From Hydrolagus colliei (taxonomy: Eukaryota), in assembly GCA_035084275.1 (NCBI GenBank), contig CM068742.1, positions 48,298,001 to 48,362,000 of the forward strand: a stretch of 64,000 bases of DNA. Direction: 5' to 3'. Below, in pieces: positions 1 through 10,455 of the stretch. How positions within the stretch are numbered: position 1 is the first letter of the stretch; every line of letters begins with the position of its first letter. Under the pieces are notes generated by a model. That model was not told the DNA's origin, did no database searches, and was given only the letters and a program-made list of their open reading frames with translations. The position numbers and the translations under genes were made by a program.

Positions 1-39
1 TTTTTCTATTATTTTGTTCTGTGAAAGAATACTTAGGTT

Positions 40-190
40 AGAATCATAGAATCATAGAATGTTATGGCACAGAAGGAGACCATTCTGCCCATCGAGTCTG
101 TGCCGGCTCTTTGACCGAGCAAGTCACTTTCATTAACCCCAATCACCAGCTTTCTCCCCATAACCCTGCAAACCCGTCTTCCCCAGATAC
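40..190 (-). mobile_element. CR1 LINE 3' end fragment
   Basis: Begins with (CATAGAAT)n, the reverse of the CR1 tail. The following sequence is the reverse complement of the 3' UTR at 17780-17860. Confidence 0.85.
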
Positions 191-337
191 CTACTCTGAA
201 ATGCTACCTTATTTGGAGGGCACTATTTAAACATATTGTTGTTGTTGTTGAATGGTCACAAAAAGAGAGGTTGCTCTCTAAGTTACTTTTTGAACCTTTT
301 ATACATGACAATTAACTTTCTCCACACCTTCTGCAGA

Positions 338-1595
338 ATGTCTCAAATCAGACCCCATAGTATAACCCCAATACTTTAGGACACACCAATTGAGTGGAAA
401 AAGAGGTCATATGTTTGAGTCGTAAAGGGTGTTCCGGGAGGCTTAGATTGGATGGGCCAAAGGGCCGTCTTCATCTAAGCCAATTTGTGATTTTGTGAGT
501 TTTATGGATTTGGCAGTTGTTTTTGTTAAGATGAAGAATAACAGCATCATGAACACGCATTGCTATAGTGCGTATTTATTTACTGATGCCAATAGCATGA
601 AGCCATTTAGTTGCTATTGGAACTTGATGCCAACAGAGCTAAGAATTACACAAAGGCTCCTACGAAAATGTTAGAGCTGGAATATGCTAGCTAACACCAC
701 ACTGCACAAATTAGTGTTTTTAATAAAAATAGAAATTTTAAAACATTTCCGACCATAAAATATTTTATGACTTTTTCTTGTTCTTTGACAGTGCTTTTGT
801 TCATCATCCTCCCCCCACCCCCTATACAGGTCATTGTTTAATAACCAATGGACAAAACAAATCATATTTCTGCTTCCCAACTAGTCTCAGTTTAAGCCGC
901 AAATATTCATGTGGAGAGCAGCAGACAAATATTTGTTGTGTGGTGTTCATGGACATAAACAACAGAGTGAATGAGTTCAGCTGAATTAACCCATCTCATT
1001 CTGCCCTTTACAGATAACTATGATTAAGATTATAAAATACTGTATTCTTAAAGGTAACATTTTATATGATGGTCTTCAGTCTTTTGTAACTAACGAGGTA
1101 GAAAGATAATATAAGGAAAACAATATCTCCATAAGGACCATGATTGATCTCATTTGTCTCACTAGTTTTCTTAACTAGTTTAGTTGCCTCCATGGAGGAT
1201 ATCCATGGAGTATCATTCTTACTGGAATTAGCAATATCAGGCCTTTCTTTTCTTTTCCCACTACACAGAGTTATGGTTAAAACTGGGACCTTTTGTGAAT
1301 CACTGAGCACGCTTGTAACTCCTGACCTATTTATCAAGACAATATTGAACTGTTGGGGATTATTAACAGAATTTATATGAGAGAATCGGGAGTAAATAAC
1401 AACATAAATTCCATACCAGCCAAAATATAAAGTAATGGAAAAAAAAGCAATGAAAGTCTGTTCTCCCCTAGCATCACCAAGACTAATGAGTTCATTTTCT
1501 GAAGAAGTCAGTTCAGCATCTGCTCTGTAGCTTTTAATTCACCTATGAATTGGCTATGTGCCCTGTGAAGCACAATAACATTATGCATCAACATA
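338..1595 (+). pseudogene. EVE L gene, N-terminal / conserved region I segment
   Basis: ATG at 338 gives MSQIRPHSITPIL*DTPIEWKK (LxSPI-like). GNILYD at 1053-1070. FSCLHGGYP at 1179-1205 (GHP with CAT>TAT). ELLGIINRIYMRE at 1347-1385. Confidence 0.6.
420..500 (+). mobile_element. Short old CR1 3' end
   Basis: GATGGGCCAAAGGGCC stem-loop and TTGTGATTTTGTGA tail; similar to 43910-43962. Confidence 0.65.
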
Positions 1596-2024
1596 TAATA
1601 ATCCTTACATTTGAAATAGCGCTTCATCATGTCTTGAAGATGTCTCAAAGCACCTCACAGACTATACTGTAAAGTGAATTGTGTATTTCACCCTGTACGA
1701 TCCCACCTCTCTTTCAAACTCCTCCTTCTGTGTACTGCAACCCCCACTAAAAAAAGGACTCCTGGCTCCTTCACGGACATCTTGTCTCCCCTCTCATCTC
1801 TGTCCCTCTGCACTGAATGCCTGCTCATCAAGGGCAATTTCCACCTTCATCTCAACTACTGCTGCCCCACTTCTTCTAACAGCACCTTGGAACGTCCTCT
1901 CGACGTGAAGGGCACTATATAAATGTACCTTTTGATTGAGTTTTGATTAACGTCATTGCCCCTCACTTTCCTCTCGCATTTCTCTCCCCTCCATCAAGCT
2001 CTCCGCCATCTTTTTCCTCCCACA
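1595..2024. mobile_element. SINE tail (-) plus L2 endonuclease and tail fragments (+)
   Basis: AATAATCCTTACATTTG SINE tail. CLLIKGNFHLHLN resembles the APE motif GDFNxH. L2 tail CTTGGAACGTCCTCTCGACGTGAAGGGCACTATATAAAT. Confidence 0.75.
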
Positions 2025-5000
2025 TATTAATATCGGGATTGTTACCTGAGCCAGGGGCTAATTGGTATGGGCAAAAGAAAATTAAGGATCTGAATGCCTG
2101 GCCAAAAGAGTGGTGCGGAGGGCAGGGGTTTCATTTTATGAGCCACTGGCCATAAAATTGGAGGAGGCAGGAGCTATTCCAAAGGAATGAACTCCACCTA
2201 AATGTCCTGGCGACGCGAATAAATAGGGAGGTAGACACGGCTTTAAACTACTAAGCGGGGGTGGGGTAAAATCATAGTCAGATGCAATCCGTCGCAATTA
2301 AAATTAGGATTGGTGAAAGTGGGAGAGCTGAATAACGAGGGAGATGAGCAGAGTGTGTCAAGCGGGGAAAAGAAGCCCAGTGATAAGGTACTGATAAATA
2401 TGAATATTAAGAATTTGTTAACTAAGGGTAAAAAGCTTGGCAAAGCAGATAGGGAATCAGAGAGTAGGGGAAATAGTAGGAAATTAAAAACTTTATTTCT
2501 GAATGTGTGAAACATTCAGAATAAAACGGATGAATTAAAGCCACAATTAGACACACATGGGTACGATTTGGTAGCCATCACTGAAACACGGCTACAGGGA
2601 GAACTAGGGTGGGAGTTAAATATCCCACAGTTTTCAGTTTATAGGATGGATCAGCAATTTGGGAAACGAGGTTGGTGGGTAGCCTTGTTAATCAGGGATG
2701 AAATAAAAGCAGTAGAGAGGAAGATATCTGAATCCGATAACCAGGAAGTAGAGTCAATATGGGTGGAAATAAAAAACAATAAGGGGTAGAAAATATTAAT
2801 GGGAGTGGTTTACAAATTCCCGAATAGTGATCACAATATAGCACAAGATATTAATGAAGAAATCAGATGAGCATGTAGGAAAGATAAAGCAATAATAGTG
2901 GGTGATTTCAATCTTCACATAGATTGGGAAAACCAAATTGACAAAAGTAGGTTAGAGGAAGAGTTCATTGAGTGCATGAGAGACAGCTTTCCAGAGCAGC
3001 ATGCTGAGGAACCAACTGGGGGACAGGCCATCCTCGACCTTGTTTTGTGTAATGAAACAGGGCTTGTCGGCAATGTAGATATTAAAGCTCCTCTAGGGCA
3101 GAGTGATCACAACACGACTGAATTTTGTATTAAGTTAGAGAGCGATTATAGGTAAATCTGAGGCAAGTATTTTGAATTTAAATAAGGCTAATTTTGTAGG
3201 TATGAGGAAAGATCTGGGTAAAATAGACTGGAGAATCAAATAAGGAGGTAGAACGGTAGACCAACAGTGGCAAATATTTAAGGATGTAGTACAGAATTCA
3301 CAGAGGTTGCATATTCCCCTGCGGAATAAGAGTACCGCTCGGAAAGTAATTCATCCGTGGCTAACTAGAGCAGTTAGGGGAAGTATAAAATTAAAAGAAA
3401 AAGCCTATAAAACTGCCAAGAAAAGCAGCACATCTGAGGATTGGGAGAGTTTTATGAACCAACAAAAAATAACTAAAAAGCTCATTAAGAATGAAAAAAT
3501 GGAGTATGAGGGCAAGTTAGCCAGGAACATTAAGTCAGATTGCAAAAGTTTTTATAAATATATTAAGAGGAATAGGCTAGTAGGTCCACTTCAGGCAAAG
3601 ACGGGAGAAGTTGTAATGGGGGATAGTGATATGGCAGAGTCCCTAAATGAATACTTTGCGTCTGTCTTCACCCTAGAAGACACAACAAGTCTGCTAACAA
3701 TAGGGATACACCAAGGGGTAAATGACAGGAAGCAACTTAGGGAAATCTTCATTAGCAGAGAATTGGTGCTAGGGAAACTATTAGCACTAAAAATTGATAA
3801 ATCCCCTGGTCCGGATGGCTTGCATCCCAGGGTCTTAAAAGAGGTAGCTTATGAGATAGTGCTTTGTGTTTGATCTTCCAAAATTTCATGGATTCTGGAA
3901 CAGTCCCCATGGTTTGGAAGATCGCAAATGTCACACCACTATTTAAAAAGGGTGGAAAGTAAAAGATGGGGAACTATAGGCCAGTTAGTCTGACATCGGT
4001 GATAGGAAAAATTTTAGAATCCTTGATTAAGGATATTTTTGTGGGGTATTTAGGGGAGCATGATATAATTAGGCCAAGTCAACATGGCTTTACAAAAGGG
4101 AAGTCATGTTTGACAAATCTCATAGAATTTTTTGAGGATATTTCGAGTAAACTAGATAGGGGTGAATCAATGGATGTAGTTTATTTGGACTTCCAGAAGG
4201 CATTCAATAAGGTGCCGCATAAAAGGTTGATCCAACAGATAGGGGCTTACTGAATTGGGGGAACATATTAACATGGATTAGGGAATGGTTAATGGGTAGG
4301 AAACAAAGAGTAGGGATAAATGGGTCTTTCTCAGATTGGCAGGATGTGACTAGTGGAATGCCACAAGGATCAGTCCTTGGGCCTCAGCTATTTACCATCT
4401 ACATCAATGATCTAGATAAGGACATCAAGCTTAATATATTTAAATTTGCTAATGATACAAAACTAGAAGGAAGCGTTAATACCAAGGATGACATTAAAAA
4501 AATGCAGCGCGATGTAGATAGGTTAGATGAGTGGGCAGGTAGGTGGCAGATAAAATATAATGTAGGAAAGTATGAAGTCATCCACTTAGGTCGCAAAAAC
4601 ATCAAAGCAGGTTATTTTTTAGAGGGGGAGAGATTGAAAGTTAGCGTGCAGAGTGACTTGGGTGTCCTTGTACACCAAACACAGAAAGCTAGTATGCACG
4701 TGGAGCAGGCAATTAGGAAGGCTAACGGTATGTTACCTTTCATTATGAAAGGGTTAGAGTATAAGAGTAGGGAAGTCTTGCTGCAGCTGTATAGGGCCCT
4801 GTTGAGACCACACCTGGAATACTGTGTGCAGTTTTGGTCTCCTTATTTAAGAAAGGATGTACTTGCCTTGGAGGGAGTGCAGTGTGGGTTTATTAGGTTA
4901 GTACCTGGAATGAGGGGGATGAGTTATGACGATAGGTTGATTAATTTGGGCCTATATTCTCTGGAATATAGAAGAATTAGAGGGTATCTTATAGAAACCT

Positions 5001-5370
5001 ATAAGATTATTAAGTGGCACGACAAAGTAGATAGTGGGAGATTGTTTCCCCTGGTTGGAGAATCTAAAACCAGGGGTCACCGTCTTAAAGTTAGGAGTCA
5101 GCTCTTTCACACTGAGTTGAGAAAAATCTTCTTCACTCAGAGGATGGTGAATGTATGGAACTCTTTAACCCAAAGGGCTGTTGATGCTCAGTCCTTGAAC
5201 ATATTCAAGACTGAGATAGATACATTTCTCATTTATAAAGGGATTAAGGGGTATGGGGATAAGGCAGATAGCTGGAGTTAGAGTAGAATATCAGCCATGA
5301 TTGAATGATGGTGCAGGCTTGATGGGCCGAATGGCCTACTCCTGCTCCTATTTCTTATGTTCTTATGTTC
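2025..5370 (+). mobile_element. CR1 LINE: end of ORF1 (SGNH esterase), disrupted ORF2 (APE + RT) and 3' tail
   Basis: ORF1: ISGLLP..LNAW..EWC..GF. APE: VAITET, GDFNLH, ILDLV, SDHN. RT: KSPGPDG, NYRPVSLTS, QHGF, YLDFQKAF, PQGSVLGP, KFANDTK. Ends in (TTCTTATG)n. Confidence 0.97.
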
Positions 5371-5615
5371 CCCCCCCTTGACCCTCGCAAATGTCCTCTC
5401 ATCCTCAGACCTCCTATCCCTCTGACCTTCCACCCGTAGTGGCCCTGATGCAGCTGACAAGCTGCTCCATGATCACCTCTCCTCCACCTTCAACTCCCTT
5501 GTACCATTAAATTCCAAGGCAGTCTCCAAATAACAATAACAACAACAACAACAACAACAATGCATTTATATAGCGCCCTCTGCGCTGGGCGTCATCTCAG
5601 AGAACTTGCGAGGCG
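5371..5615. mobile_element. L2 fragment (+), continuing the piece before 2025, and an L2 3' tail (-)
   Basis: C-rich L2-like sequence on both sides of the CR1. (AAC)n followed by ATGCATTTATATAGCGCCCT. Confidence 0.7.
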
Positions 5616-5639
5616 AGTGCTCAAAACAGTACGGGTCAT

Positions 5640-5810
5640 ATTGTTATCAATGTATTTAATAGGAAAATTTGATGCGAATATGAGGGAGAAAAGAGAGCAG
5701 TAGAGGGGATTGGGCGAATTGGAAGCGCATATGGAGTATAAACACTGACATGGACTACTTGGGCCAAATGGCCTGTTTCGGTGCTATAATGTTTTATGTA
5801 GTTCTATTTT
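5640..5810 (+). mobile_element. Old CR1 3' end
   Basis: TTGGGCCAAATGGCCTGTTTCGGTGCT hairpin followed by a degenerate TTCTAT tail. Confidence 0.75.
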
Positions 5811-6545
5811 ATTTGAATGCATTAATATAATCCTGAAATTTGGATAATAATACATTCCCTTTACTTAAAACATGTTTTGTCCTAATTTAGGTTGTAGCGA
5901 TGTATAGTGTATCAACGTCTTTCCAATATTCCAAACATTTTCCAACAAATTCATTACTTGGGTAGTTTCTATTTGATTCACACCCTTGTACATTTCTTTA
6001 TCCAGTCCACATATATCTCTGACTAGGATTTCCTTTTGTGCAATGAAACTACAATGTTTGACTCCCTCATTGAGACTTGATCCTCGATTCACATGGCTTA
6101 TTTGAAGCCCATGAAAATCTTTTAAAATCATGATGTAAAATAAGAAAACATGGAATTTGATTACCCATCTTCAAAAAATTACAAGATATACATTATCTTA
6201 AATACAGATGAGTAGCAGGCAGATTTTTGGATGTGATTTAGACAATCGAGGCATAGGCCTGAAACCATTTTCCTTCTTTCCCACTGTGTGTCATATGTCT
6301 CTGTGATATTAAACATACTTAGTTCTCAGGATATATTAGGGTTACTTACATTATACCCAGCTGTCTTAGGTTTGTTTGCATCAGTTATAGCCTAAGGTTA
6401 GAGCTCAGACATTTGCTTTGGGATATCAGATTTCAGGCCAATGTGATTGTGATGTAAATAAATTGCAGGTTTATTTGTTTAGTTCTGCAAAGGTATATTC
6501 TCTATTTTATGATGTAATGTTGTGTATCATCTTTAACAGTAGATA
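5811..6545 (+). pseudogene. EVE L gene, RdRp core segment (motifs A-D and PxxLG)
   Basis: IIIHSLYLKHVLS*FR at 5844-5891 (motif A-like). VHFFIQSTYISD at 5988-6023. KKTWNLIT at 6142-6165 (motif B QKxWxxI). LDNR at 6238-6249 (GDNQ relic), then GLKP. LTLYPAVLG at 6345-6371. FGISD at 6417-6431. Confidence 0.72.
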
Positions 6546-6800
6546 TTCTCCTTATGGCTTACTTGTTAAAGGTGCCGTTCATTCAATGTGCCATGAAGGT
6601 CACAGGTTCGCTGGTTTGGCTTGCAGCTGTAGTGGGAGGGCTAGTATATTGATCTCAGCAACGTGAGCTAGAAAGGGAAAAAATATTAGTCAAGTTCCTG
6701 TTCTTGATTACTCTTCTACAGTGCATCTCCGGATATGAGTTGAAGATGGGAATAGGCTTTGCTGTCATGCTGCATGTAGTTGCATAGCCTCCAAAAAAAA
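6545..6800 (+). mobile_element. Highly diverged old SINE-like repeat (unnamed family)
   Basis: Decayed tRNA-like head (GGTCACAGGTTCG). Body aligns loosely with 25620-25830 (-) and 30760-30890 (+). Confidence 0.55.
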
Positions 6801-7695
6801 CAGCTCTGAAACTTATACACAAACATTAGTTACTTAGTTACCAGAGGAGAATCTGTACTCATTGAACCATACCACAGTGTGAGCCAGCATCCTAAGCAGG
6901 AAAGTGGAGAGAAATTGGGAGTAAGCTGTCAAATTTGCAGTGTTCCTCAATAAGGAAATCGCAATTATCAATCCCACCACCACCAAAAAAAACACAATTG
7001 AATATCCCATTATTGAATTTCTAAAACTTAATTTAATCAATTCTTCAGGACATTATCTAATATTTTAGATGATCGATAATTACCCATTTCTTAATAAGAA
7101 ATAATGGATAATTGACCCCCAGGTTTCAGTAGTCATCTTAGATTACCTTCCTGATATGCATTATATCTTTAAAATAATTCTTGGATAAGCCACAACCATG
7201 GAAAATAAAACCCTTACGTCGAAAGAAATGAGGTTAAAGAAGGATTTTGTTAAGAAATCCAACCAGCTACTTGAATAGGATTTGGTGTAAATTTGCATTA
7301 AACAGGCAATTATGCACATAAATTATAATTTCACTGCATTATAATAATCATAATAATTCTTACATTTTAGTGAAGAAGATGTACTGTTCAGTTTGTTGCT
7401 AGTTTTAGGGTAGAAACCTCCGAGTCGAACCAATATCTTTCTGAGTGGATCAAAGAAATATTGACTTTTGAAGTCCAGAAATATCTTGTCTACAATGAGT
7501 CTACATTCCCCTACAAAAAAAATTCAACTAACTCTACAGTAATACCTGTGAATCTCCTTGAGACATCTTCCCAACCAGAAAGGTTCTAGATCAAATACAA
7601 GTATTGATAAGGATTGTTATTATAAAAATAGATGAATCTCTGTTAAAATTTCTGTTAAAATCTCAAATTAAAATATAATGATAATATTTTTTTTA

Positions 7696-7835
7696 AACGC
7701 AACTGCAGATACTGGAAATCTGAAACAAAAACAAGAAGTCACTGGGAACACTCAGCAGGTCAAGCAGCATTTTGGAGAAAGGAAAAGTGAGTCAACTTTT
7801 TGGGTCGATGACCCTTTGCCGGGTTGATATTGTCC
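7696..7835 (-). mobile_element. Penelope-like terminal repeat fragment with degenerate hammerhead-like stem
   Basis: TGCAGATACTGGAAATCTGAAACAAAAACA...CTCAGCAGGTCAAGCAGCAT, shared with 12092-12280. GGGTCGATGACCC stem at 7802-7814. Confidence 0.7.
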
Positions 7836-7924
7836 TGACCGAGGCCAAAAATGTGATCAAATGGATAAAGCCTGAAGCCTCTGATCTGCTCCAAAACTAA
7901 CAAGTGGACATTATGACCACTTGA

Positions 7925-8280
7925 CACCATCATAAAATCCAGATTATTCAAAATTACGCCGCCCATATTCTCACCCAAACCAAACTTCGCTCCCCGATTA
8001 CCCCAGTCCTTGCCAGACTTCCTCCTTGTCCCCCGAATCCTCTGTCAGTGATTGTGCTTTCAGCCACTACGCCCCGAGGCTCAGGAACTTCCTTCTTCAC
8101 TCCCTTTACCTCATCCCCTTCTTTCCTAATTTCAGGTCAGGCCTAAAGACTTTCCTTTTCAACCCTGCTTTTGGTCACCTTTTTCCTCCTCCCTCTAGTT
8201 CGGCTCCAGGATCTGTTATTGTGAAGTGCTCTGAGATGCCGTCTGGCATGGAGGGCACCATATACAACATGTTATTGTTG
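7925..8280 (+). mobile_element. L2 LINE 3' fragment
   Basis: KIQIIQNYAAHIL..PITPVLA and AFSHYAPRLRN..LKTFLF; ends GAGGGCACCATATAC..(TTG)n. Confidence 0.9.
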
Positions 8281-10455
8281 TATGAGGAAAAAGATATGAT
8301 AATAAAATGTGACACCATAATATAATCACAGAATAGCTTGTTGACTCAATATACCAATTCCCCTTAAGGTTTTTCAAACAATCCCTGTGCCTTATGCTTG
8401 CTCATCTATCTTGGGAGAATGGGCTATATGACTAGCAGAGCCCTCCACAAGTGTCTGGTTGACTTGCATTTGGTGGGAGGTGAAGAAAGGAATGTGAGAT
8501 ATGATATGTTGAATATTTGTTCCTTTTTCAGTCAGTGAAATTCTTGACATTCTATGACCCAAAGTATTACGTCATCAATGATGTTTATGGATCCAATATC
8601 TCAGCAAGAGATTGGGAGACCACCTAGGTGGTATAATGTCTCCTTAGGAGCTGTCATTGAAACAAATATATTTTGAAAAAGAGATGGAAGTAGGTTCCAA
8701 TTGTGCCTTGAAGCAAATGGCAAGTTACACACAAGGTCCAATCTCAGAAAATGTATCACAAACAGTTTAAAATACTGTATTCAGAGATTGATTCTGAAGG
8801 ACCTTGAATCTCTTTTCAATTCTCTCTGAAAGTCTTTTTTTTAAAAAAAATTGTGCTCTTCGTCACCACACAATGTGATGTTTGATGCCATCAACCAGTT
8901 GCGGTAAATGTGATTAATTACATATGTGAAGGAGCAACTTCTGAGCTCACTAATTAATAAGTACAGTCATGTAATGTCATCTGCATCACAATGTTGCCTT
9001 CACTTCTTAAAACAGTTACTGTTACAGAATACTTACCTCTTTAAAATTCAGAGTCCATCCTCTGTAAGTATGAGCACATGTCTAGCCAGTATTGTTTGCC
9101 CAAGTTTACTGATTTGCACACTAATGTTTAATTAAACACTGAATTTCTACCACCTAATGCCTAGGTTACATGCAAATATTTAGTATGCACAATGCTCCCG
9201 ACACCACATTGAAGACAGCCTAGGACTATTCCTTTTAAAATGCTTGAAGATAAAACTGTAAGATGAGCACTTCTGTAAAATAATCTTACTGCTTTAGTGT
9301 AATGTAGGCTTTTACTTGTGATTTAGGCTTTCAATTAAGGATTTCTGCTGTTGTTCTTGCAATAAGGTGGTTAATTCTCCACTATTCTGAATCGTCTGAA
9401 CAAATTCAAAAGACTGCTTCTGCATTTTAACTGGGATTCATTTGTTCAGTGTCTGCCTGGTGAATCAGTCTGAATTTGGCAGCAGCTATGCCATTAATTG
9501 AAAAATAATAGCTTCATTTATTCTTGCTTTCATTAACTCTGATGTCTTTTGAGATAAATGAAGGAATAAAAAGGAATTTCTCAGTCCACCACCCCGCCCT
9601 CCCACACCTCAACAAAAAAACTGTAGGTTTATCTATGAGTATAAATGTTTAAATCTTAACATTTTTATGTCAGATTGTTTTGCTGCTTGTTTTGCCACAA
9701 TCACAGTTTGCAGTAAAAAGCCCATTAAAAAAAATATGGCATAGGGTACACCACTGTTAAATTATCAGCAGAACGCTGTTTATTCAGGCTTCAAGATGTT
9801 GTCCACTGATCTGGTTTAAATCATGTTCATAAACCACTGAAATTGTTAAGCCCATCAAATTGTCCTTTATAGAAGAAGTCAAAAGTTCAAATATTTTTGC
9901 ACTCTGAAATTTAATCAAAAGGAGCTCCCTCACCACCTTTATAGTACCTCTGTAAGGAAGATATGTTGGTACTTTATGCTTAGGTACTGCAATTCATTTT
10001 AAACCAACTAATACTAATCAGATTTCAGATTGACCTGTGGGAATCGTTCACCTTCTACACACCAAACAGGAGAGCAATTCTACTCTGAACCCCATATAAA
10101 TCTGAGTGTCGTTACTCTTGTTGGCTTATTGTGAAAGTTATATCAAAAAGTAATACGGAACACTGACTAATGTTGAAGCCTTTGCTTGTAGATCTTAGTG
10201 TATTTACTCTTGGGGGGAATCTGAAACAGTGAAAGAAAGAAAAATCAAACAGTGGGAACTGCAAAACAAGTCACAGAGTTAACTGATATCAGGAAATTAT
10301 GTAAATTCATAATAGCACTAAATATTATATCCTGTATTCATAGAATGAAATCAACTCATATTGAAAATATTAATTTTGAAATAATACTAACCTACTATCA
10401 GTTTTAGTTTGTTCATACAGTACTGTTCTAAGTAAAGCTTAAACCTTATTTGTAC

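Larger units (their letters stand above)
338..8830 (+). pseudogene. Degraded endogenous viral element: Mononegavirales-like (or Jingchuvirales-like) L polymerase gene, interrupted by TEs
   Basis: Manual translation of about 3.4 kb of non-TE sequence (338-420, 500-1595, 5810-6545, 6800-7695, 7835-7925, 8280-8830) gives L-protein motif relics in the correct order and mostly plausible spacing. Many stops and frameshifts. Motif matching was by eye; no search was run. Confidence 0.75.
6800..8830 (+). pseudogene. EVE L gene, conserved region IV and capping (PRNTase) segment, containing two TE insertions
   Basis: VLIEPYHS at 6855-6878 (LxEDPxS-like). CTVQFVASFR at 7380-7409. PNQKGSRS at 7570-7593 (GxxT). 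IKWIKPEAS at 7856-7882 (W motif). NHRI at 8324-8335 (HR). YLFLFQ at 8514-8531 (FxxQ). Confidence 0.72.

Noticed and set aside
2568-5281. Long ORFs (188, 329 aa; also 16706-17779 and 19039-19638) as host genes or a prokaryotic RT system
   Set aside because: They are CR1 ORF2 fragments with diagnostic 3' tails, in vertebrate repeat context.
7198-7278. 26-aa ORF with a strong Kozak context (MENKTLTSKEMRLKKDFVKKSNQLLE)
   Set aside because: Lies inside the inferred L relic; more simply a stop-bounded piece of it.
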